A stretch of DNA of 64,000 bases, from assembly GCA_963780185.1 (NCBI GenBank), contig CAWABA010000009.1, positions 128,001-192,000 of the forward strand. Direction: 5' to 3'. The stretch's first letter is position 1. Every line of letters begins with the position of its first letter. Below the pieces are notes generated by a model that was not told the origin of the DNA, did no database searches, and saw only the letters and a list, made by a program, of their open reading frames with translations. Source of the DNA: Candidatus Bathyarchaeota archaeon. Lineage in GTDB: Archaea > Thermoproteota > Bathyarchaeia > Bathyarchaeales > Bathycorpusculaceae. This document shows, piece by piece, positions 1 through 8,083 of the stretch. A program made the translations under genes and the position numbers.

Positions 1-117
1 AACGCGAAACATGACCTGATGGAGCTGCAGAAGAACGCTCAAAACGAGGTTCCGGGTCACACGAAAAAACTCGCCAAGGCAATAGTTCAGCCTGCTAATC
101 CCAAAGAAAAGAGTTAA
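1..117 (+). CDS. 3' end of a CDS truncated by the window edge
   Basis: Frame 1 is open from base 1 (NAKHDLMELQ...PKEKS) to TAA at 115-117, 6 nt before the next ATG. Confidence 0.55.
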   Translation, partial: NAKHDLMELQKNAQNEVPGHTKKLAKAIVQPANPKEKS

Positions 118-123
118 GGCACC

Positions 124-756
124 ATGACCGAAAATGACGAAGCGAAATCGTTTGCTTTCCTCAAAGCGCGAGCTTTAGAATTAGGCGCCAAAGAAGCAAA
201 AGTAATTCCCACAGAAAAAATCGTGATTGAAGACCGCGTTGTTTTCAAATGCAGGTTAGGATGCGAAAAATACGGAAAAACCTTAGCTTGCCCACCCTAT
301 GCTCCCACGCCAAGTGAATTCCGCAAAATCGCCAGTGAATACCGCTACGCAATGTTCATGAAGTTTCAGTCGCATGCGGAAGGCGATTTAGAACTTATAA
401 AGTGCCTTGCAAAAACAAATGATCCGTCCATTTCAGCGGAGATGAAGGCGAAGGTTGAAGCCTTTTGGGTGGCGTGGAAGGATGACATGAAACTTTTGTT
501 GGAAAAAGTGTTGACGCTGGAGAAGGCAGCGGCGGAAAAAGGGTTCATTCTCGCTGTAGGTTTGGTTTCGGGTTCATGTCAGCTTTGCGAAAAATGCAAC
601 GTTCAAGGCGGTCTGTGTGTGCATCCCGCGAAGAAAAGATATTCCGAGGAAGGTGTCGGAGTAAATGTAAAGGCGACCGCGGAAAAGGCTGGCGTAAAAT
701 TTACTTTGCCCTTTGAGAAAAACCCCGAAACCTACGCGCTGCTCCTGATTGATTAG
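124..756 (+). CDS. DUF2284-like predicted metal-binding protein
   Basis: KCRLGC-x2-YGKTLACPP and GSCQLCEKC...CVHP...RYSEEGVGVNV motifs. Confidence 0.8.
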   Translation: MTENDEAKSFAFLKARALELGAKEAKVIPTEKIVIEDRVVFKCRLGCEKYGKTLACPPYAPTPSEFRKIASEYRYAMFMKFQSHAEGDLELIKCLAKTNDPSISAEMKAKVEAFWVAWKDDMKLLLEKVLTLEKAAAEKGFILAVGLVSGSCQLCEKCNVQGGLCVHPAKKRYSEEGVGVNVKATAEKAGVKFTLPFEKNPETYALLLID

Positions 757-782
757 GCAATCTCGGAAATGAATTTTGAAAA

Positions 783-1556
783 CTAGAGATTTTCTGGTCC
801 GAATGCTGGTTCATTGGCGACGGAAGCAAAAATTTGTTCGGCGAATTCTTCCTGCTCTTCGTTGCCTGTGACTGCTAGCCAGCATGACCCTTCTGCTCCG
901 CATACTCCGCCTGAAGCAATAAGCTCGACATTAGCGCCTGTTAAAGCGGCTAAAGCATCCAGTTCGGTGAACACTTCTCCGGTAACGGGCAGCAAACGGC
1001 TTCCACCTGCTCCAGGGGCATTAAGCTTCTCAGCTAAAGCGAATAAGTCGCCGTTTATGCGTTTCTCCACGCCTACGGGTATAATGAGTTTTACTCGGCG
1101 TCCAACAACCGCGGGCAAAGCTAAACCGATGGTTCCAGCTTTCGGGTGACCGATCAAAATAGCTGCTTGTCTACGGGTTAAATCCAAGGCGTTTGCACCC
1201 TTCAAGATAACGTCGCCCTCCTTCATGGAGTCAACAACGTCCTCAATCGACTTGCCCCTCTGCCAAACTCCCTTGACTATCACTACGTCGCCTGGGAACG
1301 CGCTCACGTCGGCTAGCCGCCCCGTTCCAGTCACAGATTTTTTTGAAGGCAGGGTTATGCCGCGGAAAAAGTGTTTTCTGGAAAAATCTTTGACGCCGAG
1401 GCTGGTTAGTATCTCTTCAGCCACGTAGCCGTTAGTGGTTCCAGCCACAATCACAAGCGTCCCATTTTTGAGCGCCTTTCTGATTGCCGGATGATTAGCT
1501 AAGGTTTTGGCGATTAAACGTTTTCCCGCCGCTGGAGTAAGGAGAAATTGTTTCAT
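783..1556 (-). CDS. Conserved hypothetical protein
   Basis: 257 aa ORF with conserved-looking blocks ([44 protein letters not shown]); function not recognised. Confidence 0.65.
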   Translation of the reverse strand: MKQFLLTPAAGKRLIAKTLANHPAIRKALKNGTLVIVAGTTNGYVAEEILTSLGVKDFSRKHFFRGITLPSKKSVTGTGRLADVSAFPGDVVIVKGVWQRGKSIEDVVDSMKEGDVILKGANALDLTRRQAAILIGHPKAGTIGLALPAVVGRRVKLIIPVGVEKRINGDLFALAEKLNAPGAGGSRLLPVTGEVFTELDALAALTGANVELIASGGVCGAEGSCWLAVTGNEEQEEFAEQIFASVANEPAFGPENL

Positions 1557-1709
1557 ATGTTGGCTTCCTTTCTGCTTTCAGCGTTGTTATTTGAGTCGTG
1601 AATTATAATAATTGCGGTTCATTCAAAGCGGTTGCGGGTACGAAAATAAGTTAAAGAAAATAAAAAGAAAATAAGAGACACTAAGTAAAAAGATGTTCAG
1701 CTTGTAAGC

Positions 1710-1853
1710 TTAATATCTTCTCGGTGGTCTTCGTTTTGCGTAGCATTCTCGGCAATAAACTGGCCTTGTGCCGTCTGGTTTGAAAGGAACATCGCATTCT
1801 TTTCCACAGTCAGCGCAGGTTGCCTTGTGCATTTCGCGGTTGCCATATGACAT
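1710..1853 (-). CDS. CxxC-x17-CxxC zinc-finger microprotein (47 aa)
   Basis: MSYGNREMHKATCADCGKECDVPFKPDGTRPVYCRECY; ATG at 1853. Confidence 0.9.
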   Translation of the reverse strand: MSYGNREMHKATCADCGKECDVPFKPDGTRPVYCRECYAKRRPPRRY

Positions 1854-2112
1854 TTTACTATTTTCAACTCCTATTATGTTCGGTGTGTAAGAATTAATTC
1901 TCACACAGTAATCATTAACCTATCATTCATCCTTATAAATTAAGTGCCTTTAAGACTAAGAATACGTCGGCGACTACTCAGGTTTCTCGGCTGTTTTTCG
2001 AGTTAAATGTGGGGATTTCAGGGTTGATCTGCTGTTTAAATGCTGGATTGGGGTTTTTCTCCCTAAGTTTTGTTTCCTTTAGAGAGCATTATATTTATAC
2101 GCGTGCAAAATA

Positions 2113-2805
2113 TTGCATTGGGAGAAACAAGAAGGGAAAACTCTAACTTTGACCGTTATAGTTGACGACGCGGGCAGCGGCGACTTGCTTTTTGGCGTTG
2201 TAGTCGGCGCGTACCGGGAAGAAACCGGTGAATTCAAGTATGACCTGATAGACGTGCGATTCTACCAAGAAAATTTCCGAGAAAAAGAATACCTAAAAGA
2301 ATCCTCACGTGTCGTTTCCAAACTTGTAGGCGGCTTCAACCTTAAACCCGACGAAGCAGTCCACATTTGTCAAGGCTGCATATTCGACGTAGCCGCAGAA
2401 GACCTCCGCAAACTCTACGGGGAAGACCGCGTAAAACGAATCAGAGTCGTCGGCGAAACACAGCGACTTGTCGAAATCGCTTATTTGGATGAAATCCGCA
2501 ATTTAGGTTACGAACCGTTGGCTGAACGCGAAGAGAAAAGAGGCAAAAGCTTCTTCCACATGATGCGTTGGCTAAAAGATAACCCTGAAATGCTGCGTTA
2601 CGCCAAAACAGGATGGCCGCGCCTCAAAAATTACCATCTTTTCCAGTCTTTCCATGAGGAGCCAGTTCACACAGCGATTTGCAGCGACTGCGGCGTCGAA
2701 TGTGAAGTGCCTTTTCAGCCCCGCGAAAACCGACCTGTATACTGCAGAAAATGCTGGCCTGCCCATAGACCCCATAAAAAGAACCCGCGAAAAGCCGCGC
2801 GTTAA
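2113..2805 (+). CDS. Hypothetical protein with an RNase HII-like N-terminal motif fused to a C-terminal CxxC-x17-CxxC domain
   Basis: VIVDDAGSGDLLFGVVVGA resembles DEAGRG...GP; C-terminus AICSDCGVECEVPFQPRENRPVYCRKCW; true start may be a little downstream. Confidence 0.7.
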   Translation: MHWEKQEGKTLTLTVIVDDAGSGDLLFGVVVGAYREETGEFKYDLIDVRFYQENFREKEYLKESSRVVSKLVGGFNLKPDEAVHICQGCIFDVAAEDLRKLYGEDRVKRIRVVGETQRLVEIAYLDEIRNLGYEPLAEREEKRGKSFFHMMRWLKDNPEMLRYAKTGWPRLKNYHLFQSFHEEPVHTAICSDCGVECEVPFQPRENRPVYCRKCWPAHRPHKKNPRKAAR

Positions 2806-2867
2806 TCCACCAGCAGCGCAAATTTATTTTAGGCACACCCTCCAATAGTCCCCTTAGCGTGCGGTTT

Positions 2868-3056
2868 ATGGATAAAGACTGGGAACGGTTGGGACGTCTC
2901 AAACCTGAAGAAAAAGTGCGGATATGCATGGATTTGACTGATGGGTGCATCCGGGTTTGTGCTGACGGCATAAGAAGCCAGTTTCCAGGCATAAGCGAGG
3001 ATGAGTTGCTTGCGAAACTGCGTGAACGCCTGCAATGGTCCAAACGAAACCGCTGA
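2868..3056 (+). CDS. Small helical protein, Rv0078B-like antitoxin pattern
   Basis: LKPEEKVRICMDL...GIRSQFPGISEDELLAKLRERL. Confidence 0.5.
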   Translation: MDKDWERLGRLKPEEKVRICMDLTDGCIRVCADGIRSQFPGISEDELLAKLRERLQWSKRNR

Positions 3057-3293
3057 AGTTCAACGTGCCTGTTCGATTGGCTTTCTTGAGAGTCATTCTT
3101 TGCTCCGCCTTGAGGTATGAGTTTACTTGGCTATTTTTTGTGATGGATATTGGTTGTAAATATGGGGCATCGCCTTTCTTGCGGAGCCATCGGAAAACTG
3201 CTGAGGTAAAACGCCCTGAAAATTTTGGTTTCTGAAGGGGAAAAATATAAGCAACTCCCCACAACTATGTTGGTAAAAAGGCGCGCTATTTAG

Positions 3294-4109
3294 ATGAAAT
3301 GCCAAACGTGCAATCAGGAACTCGATCTTCCTTTCCATTGCCCATTCTGCGGCGGAACATTCTGCGGTACACACCGCTTGCCAGAGAATCATGCGTGCCC
3401 CAAGATTGATTTTGCACGTTCACAACGGCAGGGACAAGTGCTGACACCTCAATCATACAACTCGTATCAGTACAGCTACAAAATGGGTCCACCACGCCAA
3501 AACCATATTACCTCAAGCCCCAAAGAAGTCAAACACATAACGGTGGCGGCGGCGCTTATCGTCGCTATCGGCTTCTCTATCGGGCTGTACGGGCAATACT
3601 TCGGAGGATTCAACTTCACTTGGACATGGATCTTAATGGCTGCCTTCGCAGCTATCATGACAGCTTCTGTCCTGACGCATGAAATGGCGCATAAAATTAT
3701 GGCTCAAAGAAACGGATTATGGGCGGAGTTTCGCCTAACAACGTGGGGCGTAGTGTTGACTTTCGTTTCAGTGTTTTTGCCTTTCCGCATGATTGCGCCT
3801 GGTGCCATGATGATTTCGGGTTCCCCAAACGGTGACGAAATAGTCAAAATTTCGCTCGCTGGACCCGTTACCAATATCGCGCTCTCAGCAGGCATCCTTG
3901 GAGCTGCCTTTGCCTTATCCCCAAGCCCCTTAGGCTCGATGCTTTTCTTCGCTGCATACATCAATGCTTTCCTAGCAACTTTCAACCTGATACCATTCGG
4001 AATTCTCGACGGCTTCAAAATCTTCAGCTTCAACAAGAAAATCTGGCTCTTAGCCTTCCTGCCAAGCGTTGCATTAGCCATCGCAACTTTCATTAAAATC
4101 TCATACTGA
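3294..4109 (+). CDS. AN1-type Zn finger fused to an M50 (site-2 protease) peptidase
   Basis: CQTC...FHCPFCGGTFCGTHRLPENHAC; HEMAH; AGPVTN; FNLIPFGILDG; several TM helices. Confidence 0.9.
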   Translation: MKCQTCNQELDLPFHCPFCGGTFCGTHRLPENHACPKIDFARSQRQGQVLTPQSYNSYQYSYKMGPPRQNHITSSPKEVKHITVAAALIVAIGFSIGLYGQYFGGFNFTWTWILMAAFAAIMTASVLTHEMAHKIMAQRNGLWAEFRLTTWGVVLTFVSVFLPFRMIAPGAMMISGSPNGDEIVKISLAGPVTNIALSAGILGAAFALSPSPLGSMLFFAAYINAFLATFNLIPFGILDGFKIFSFNKKIWLLAFLPSVALAIATFIKISY

Positions 4110-4210
4110 TAAAAATCAACTGCGTCCCTTTCCAAAACAATAATTCTGTTTTCTTGGAGCACAGCACATATTATATTTCATGGATGCGATATTGACTATT
4201 TGCTGGAAGA

Positions 4211-4993
4211 GTGATTGCTTTGACATCGGATTCGAGTTCCTTTAAGAATCGTTATCTTTCGTCGAAATATGTTGATTTCTGGATGGCTGACAAAGGCATG
4301 GAAGCGGGTCGCAACGTTTGGCGTCAAAGATTGCTATCCTTCTTGCCTTACGAACCCGCCGACAGCTTCCGCTTGCTGGATTTGGGCACGGGAACAGGCG
4401 CTCTAAGCCTTGAACTTCTTGGCCGTTACCCGAACGTTTCGCTCACTTGCCTAGATTTCTCTGAAGCCATGCTTTCTCATGCCCGAGAGCGACTGGAAAA
4501 ATTCAAGGCAAAAGTAACCTTCGTTCAAAGCAACCTCCAAAATCCCGGTTGGTCCAAAGCCGTCGACGGAATATTTGACGCGGTGGTTTCATCTTTTGTT
4601 ACCCATACCATCCCTGACAAAATAAAAACCTTATACGCGGAGCTTTTCGGGCTAGTCAGTTCAAATGGGTGCTTCTTGTCCTGCGATGTTTTTCCTCCGC
4701 CTGGGCCCGTTCTGGAGCAGATTTACCACAAATCTCGGCTCATCGAACGCCAATATGGCATTAAAATGAGGACTGGCGTTGAGAAAACCATCCCTGAAGT
4801 GGAGCAGCAATTGAATGAGCGCCGCGAGGGCTACAAGGCTTTCTTTGCGGGTGATAACCGAATTTTGTCTATCGGTTCGCCGACGGTGGTGAATCATCTG
4901 GAGTGGCTAAAGGAAGCGGGGTTTGACGAAGTCGACTGCTTAGAGAAGCATACCCGCAACGCTATCATCGGCGGCTTCCGACATAGCCACTAA
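4211..4993 (+). CDS. Class I SAM-dependent methyltransferase
   Basis: LLDLGTGTG motif I, LDFSEAML, FDAVVS, WLKEAGF. Confidence 0.9.
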   Translation: MIALTSDSSSFKNRYLSSKYVDFWMADKGMEAGRNVWRQRLLSFLPYEPADSFRLLDLGTGTGALSLELLGRYPNVSLTCLDFSEAMLSHARERLEKFKAKVTFVQSNLQNPGWSKAVDGIFDAVVSSFVTHTIPDKIKTLYAELFGLVSSNGCFLSCDVFPPPGPVLEQIYHKSRLIERQYGIKMRTGVEKTIPEVEQQLNERREGYKAFFAGDNRILSIGSPTVVNHLEWLKEAGFDEVDCLEKHTRNAIIGGFRHSH

Positions 4994-5064
4994 GGAATTC
5001 TCTTAAAAACAAAAATAAAGCCTGAAAAAAGGCAATAAACTGACGATGCAAAAAATGCGGTTTC

Positions 5065-5373
5065 TTAAATGAGTTCGATTGTTACGTGGACTTCTTCAGG
5101 TACACGGATACGCATGATTCTACGCATAACCCGTTCCTCCGAGTCAATGTCGATTAGCCGCTTGTGAATACGCATCTCCCACCTGTCCCATGTTGCGGTT
5201 CCCTCGCCTGACGGACCCTTTAGAACTGGAACGCGAAGCCGTTTGGTTGGTAGCGGAACTGGGCCGTTGATTTTCACGCCTGTCTTCAAAGCGATGCTTC
5301 TAAGTTCTCCGCATACCTCTTCAAGTTTGCTGTAGTCTGTGCTTGTAAGGCGTATTCGTGCTTTTCTTACCAT
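5065..5373 (-). CDS. rpsJ: 30S ribosomal protein S10 (uS10)
   Basis: [10 protein letters not shown]...[10 protein letters not shown]...[21 protein letters not shown]. Confidence 0.98.
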   Translation of the reverse strand: MVRKARIRLTSTDYSKLEEVCGELRSIALKTGVKINGPVPLPTKRLRVPVLKGPSGEGTATWDRWEMRIHKRLIDIDSEERVMRRIMRIRVPEEVHVTIELI

Positions 5374-5931
5374 TTTGGTCAATCAATCCATTATTTTTCT
5401 AATTAATATATGTTGATGCCACCTAAGAGACTTTAACGGCAAATAAAAACCTATCGACCCACTTTTCATCCTTGTTATCCTGCTTTTTAAACGCTCCCAA
5501 ATCGTTTAGGTTTACGGTAGACATGCATCTTTATGCCATTGAATGTTGCTTCACCATACTTTTGCCAGCCTGCCTTAACTAAAATGCTTAAAAGGCAAGT
5601 GTTGTAACTGACTTTTCAGTGCAGTGGAGACATTGCTGAAAGGGAAGGATGCACTTTATTTTTATCTGAAGTAACATATGCTTACTTGCTTGTGAGTTTT
5701 GGATGAAACATTTTATTTATTCGCGACTTAACGAGACTATGACAGGCATGATTATCTCAATCATTTCATCGTCAGTTTCTCTTGTTTGTTTTTTCATTTG
5801 CTGCAAATGTTCTTCCAAATCTCGAGTTTGGTAATTTAGTAAAGAGCACATGATTGCCATTTTGAAACTTCAACTTATTAGGATTTATGAATTATTGGTA
5901 CACAAAAGATATGCAGGTGACATCTCCACTT

Positions 5932-5960
5932 TGGTGAGAGTTCGAATCCCACCCCCCAGC
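5932..5960 (+). other. Degenerate tRNA 3'-end fragment (T-loop plus acceptor strand, Leu-like); possible att-site scar
   Basis: gtgagaGTTCGAATCCCACCCCCC; no D-arm or anticodon arm visible upstream. Confidence 0.5.
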
Positions 5961-5981
5961 CCTTTCAATTTGAAAGGGCTA

Positions 5982-6731
5982 CTATTCGCTATTATAACGC
6001 CACTTTGACATATCATGCCCTAAGAACCTTACAAACCTACAATTGTTACAAACAGCTTCGAAATCGTAAGTTTCAACTTCTGATCCACAACGAGGACATA
6101 CGTAAGGCACAAGTTTTTCATAGAAGCGGCTTGAATACTCTGAGATAAATAACCTTAACTCATCATAAGGCACATCTCTGTTCCAAGAGAAGCAGGCATC
6201 TAGACTGTCGGATTTGGGATCAAATATTACCAATCCCTTACTACTTGGGCGATATCCCATTGGGTATGTGCACTCAGAGAATTCTGAGACTAGCTGCTTA
6301 GCCATTTCGCATTTTTCCCAGTATTTTTTAGCGATCTTGCCAACATTTAGGAGAGTTAATTTCAACTCTTGAAGATTTTTTTCATAGTTCCTCGTCAAAT
6401 CACAATATCGTTTATATTTTAGAGACATGGGAATCTCGCAAGCTTCAATAATAATAGGAATAACAAAGGGTGAGCCAGACTCAATTTCCGACGTACGTGC
6501 AATTTCAAGTTCTTCATTCGCCCATTTAGAACCAACAGAGTTTTTGCTAATTATAACTAAGAAATAATTGGATTCGTGAATCCCTTGAGAAATCTTGCCA
6601 ATAATAGACTCTCCTAGTTTTATCTCATAACTGTCATACCAAATTGGAATATTATCAGATTCAAGGCTTCTTACCAGATCATTAACAGCTCCCTTGTCCA
6701 AACTGGAGTAGCAAATAAACACTTTCTTCAT
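5982..6731 (-). CDS. TIR-domain protein with a C-terminal Zn ribbon
   Basis: KVFICYSSLDK, IWYDSYEIKLGESI, ISKNSVGSKWANEEL, IPIIIE; CPRC...CNNC; AT-rich DNA. Confidence 0.88.
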   Translation of the reverse strand: MKKVFICYSSLDKGAVNDLVRSLESDNIPIWYDSYEIKLGESIIGKISQGIHESNYFLVIISKNSVGSKWANEELEIARTSEIESGSPFVIPIIIEACEIPMSLKYKRYCDLTRNYEKNLQELKLTLLNVGKIAKKYWEKCEMAKQLVSEFSECTYPMGYRPSSKGLVIFDPKSDSLDACFSWNRDVPYDELRLFISEYSSRFYEKLVPYVCPRCGSEVETYDFEAVCNNCRFVRFLGHDMSKWRYNSE

Positions 6732-6956
6732 CCGTGGTTCGCTTCTACTGCTAATTTATTTTTATATTGTTAAAAACTTTTTCCAAAATCGTCATTTCCA
6801 ACGTTAAAACGTGATCGTAAAGTAACAGGGTTAGTCAGAATATACAAAATTTTACAGAACTGCCCCGATCGAAACTCTGCTTGTGTCCGTATGCGTGAGT
6901 ATCGCATGCGTCGGAGTTGCGCTTGATGATGAAGGGTTTCGAATGAGATTTTGCCG

Positions 6957-8054
6957 TTACGCAGAGATTTTGTTTCCGCAATTGGCGCAGAATTGTGAGC
7001 CAGGTTCCACTTCTTTTCCGCATTCTCGGCAGTATTTTTTGCGGTTAACTGGGGCGGCTTGGGCTGGTTGAGGCGTTGTTTTCGCTGGGTTTGGAAGTTT
7101 TATGGCGTCGGGTTCGTTTAGGAATTTCGCGACTAACCCAACCAGTTCCATTCCTGAAACTGATTTTACCACTATTTCCGCATCGTGGTTTTCAAGATAT
7201 AGTATGTCGTTGACGCCTGCTTGGAGGGCGGTGAAGTTCGCGTAGACCAACTTGTTGTCTGCGCTATACCTTCCTGCTTCAACTGACACGAAATTGTCGA
7301 TGATTGGCAGTCTTCCTGCAAAGTGGCTTGGGCTGCTGCTTAGTTTGTACTTGCCGCTTTCCTGGGTGACCACTTTTTTGTCAGCTAAACCTTTGAGACC
7401 TGCTTCAACTTCGGCGGCGGTCGGCGGCGTGGAGAGGTCAAGTTGCGATTGAAATGCGTATTCGAGTGACTGCAGAGTCTTTTTGCATTTAGCGACCTTG
7501 TTGACGATTGCTGGGAGTTCAAACGCGGTGCTTTTTACCGCTGTGCCGTCTGCGATAGCTCGAAGGTTAGCCGCGCGTTCTAGATCCATGAGCGCGAACA
7601 GAGCCATTGCCTCTTCTTTGGTGAATTTTCCGAAGAAGCTGCTGCTGGCTAGTTTGCTGTGGCCCACGTTCTGGTCGATTAAGGTAAACGCGGCTTCGAC
7701 GGCTGCGGGGGACTGTATTATTACTTGGTTATTGTCATGGAGCGCTGAAATCGACGGTGCCCCTTTGGCGTCTGGGAAAGTAACTATGAACTCGAACAGT
7801 TTGCTTCCCGCAGTGTACTTCAGGCTTGCAACGTTCCGAGCTTTCGCAAGCGTGTCGAGCACTTGGCTGTATTCGCTTTTGATTTTGCCTGCGGCGTCAA
7901 CTATGCCCGCTGACTGGAGTCGCTGCGTTTTGTCTGCGGTGTTTTTTCCTCCTTTTACGTTTAGAATTGACAGGGGGCTTTTTTCTTCTGGAACCGCTTG
8001 TCCCAGACTATCCAATAGGTCTTGATCGATTGTGAAGCTTATTTTGCTGCTCAT
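6957..8054 (-). CDS. Hypothetical protein with a C-terminal Zn ribbon
   Basis: 365 aa; Pro/Ala linker followed by YCRECG...FCANCG. Confidence 0.8.
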   Translation of the reverse strand: MSSKISFTIDQDLLDSLGQAVPEEKSPLSILNVKGGKNTADKTQRLQSAGIVDAAGKIKSEYSQVLDTLAKARNVASLKYTAGSKLFEFIVTFPDAKGAPSISALHDNNQVIIQSPAAVEAAFTLIDQNVGHSKLASSSFFGKFTKEEAMALFALMDLERAANLRAIADGTAVKSTAFELPAIVNKVAKCKKTLQSLEYAFQSQLDLSTPPTAAEVEAGLKGLADKKVVTQESGKYKLSSSPSHFAGRLPIIDNFVSVEAGRYSADNKLVYANFTALQAGVNDILYLENHDAEIVVKSVSGMELVGLVAKFLNEPDAIKLPNPAKTTPQPAQAAPVNRKKYCRECGKEVEPGSQFCANCGNKISA

Positions 8055-8083
8055 TTTTTCTCACTCATTTCCTGTTAATTTTG

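Noticed and set aside
5700-5865. Short minus-strand ORF (MAIMCSLLNYQTRDLEEHLQQ...)
   Set aside because: Under 50 aa with no motif; possibly a gene remnant but unsupported
5932-5960. Intact tRNA gene (also considered at 53336-53370)
   Set aside because: Only T-arm and 3' sequence are present; I could not build a D-arm, anticodon arm or pairing 5' acceptor strand
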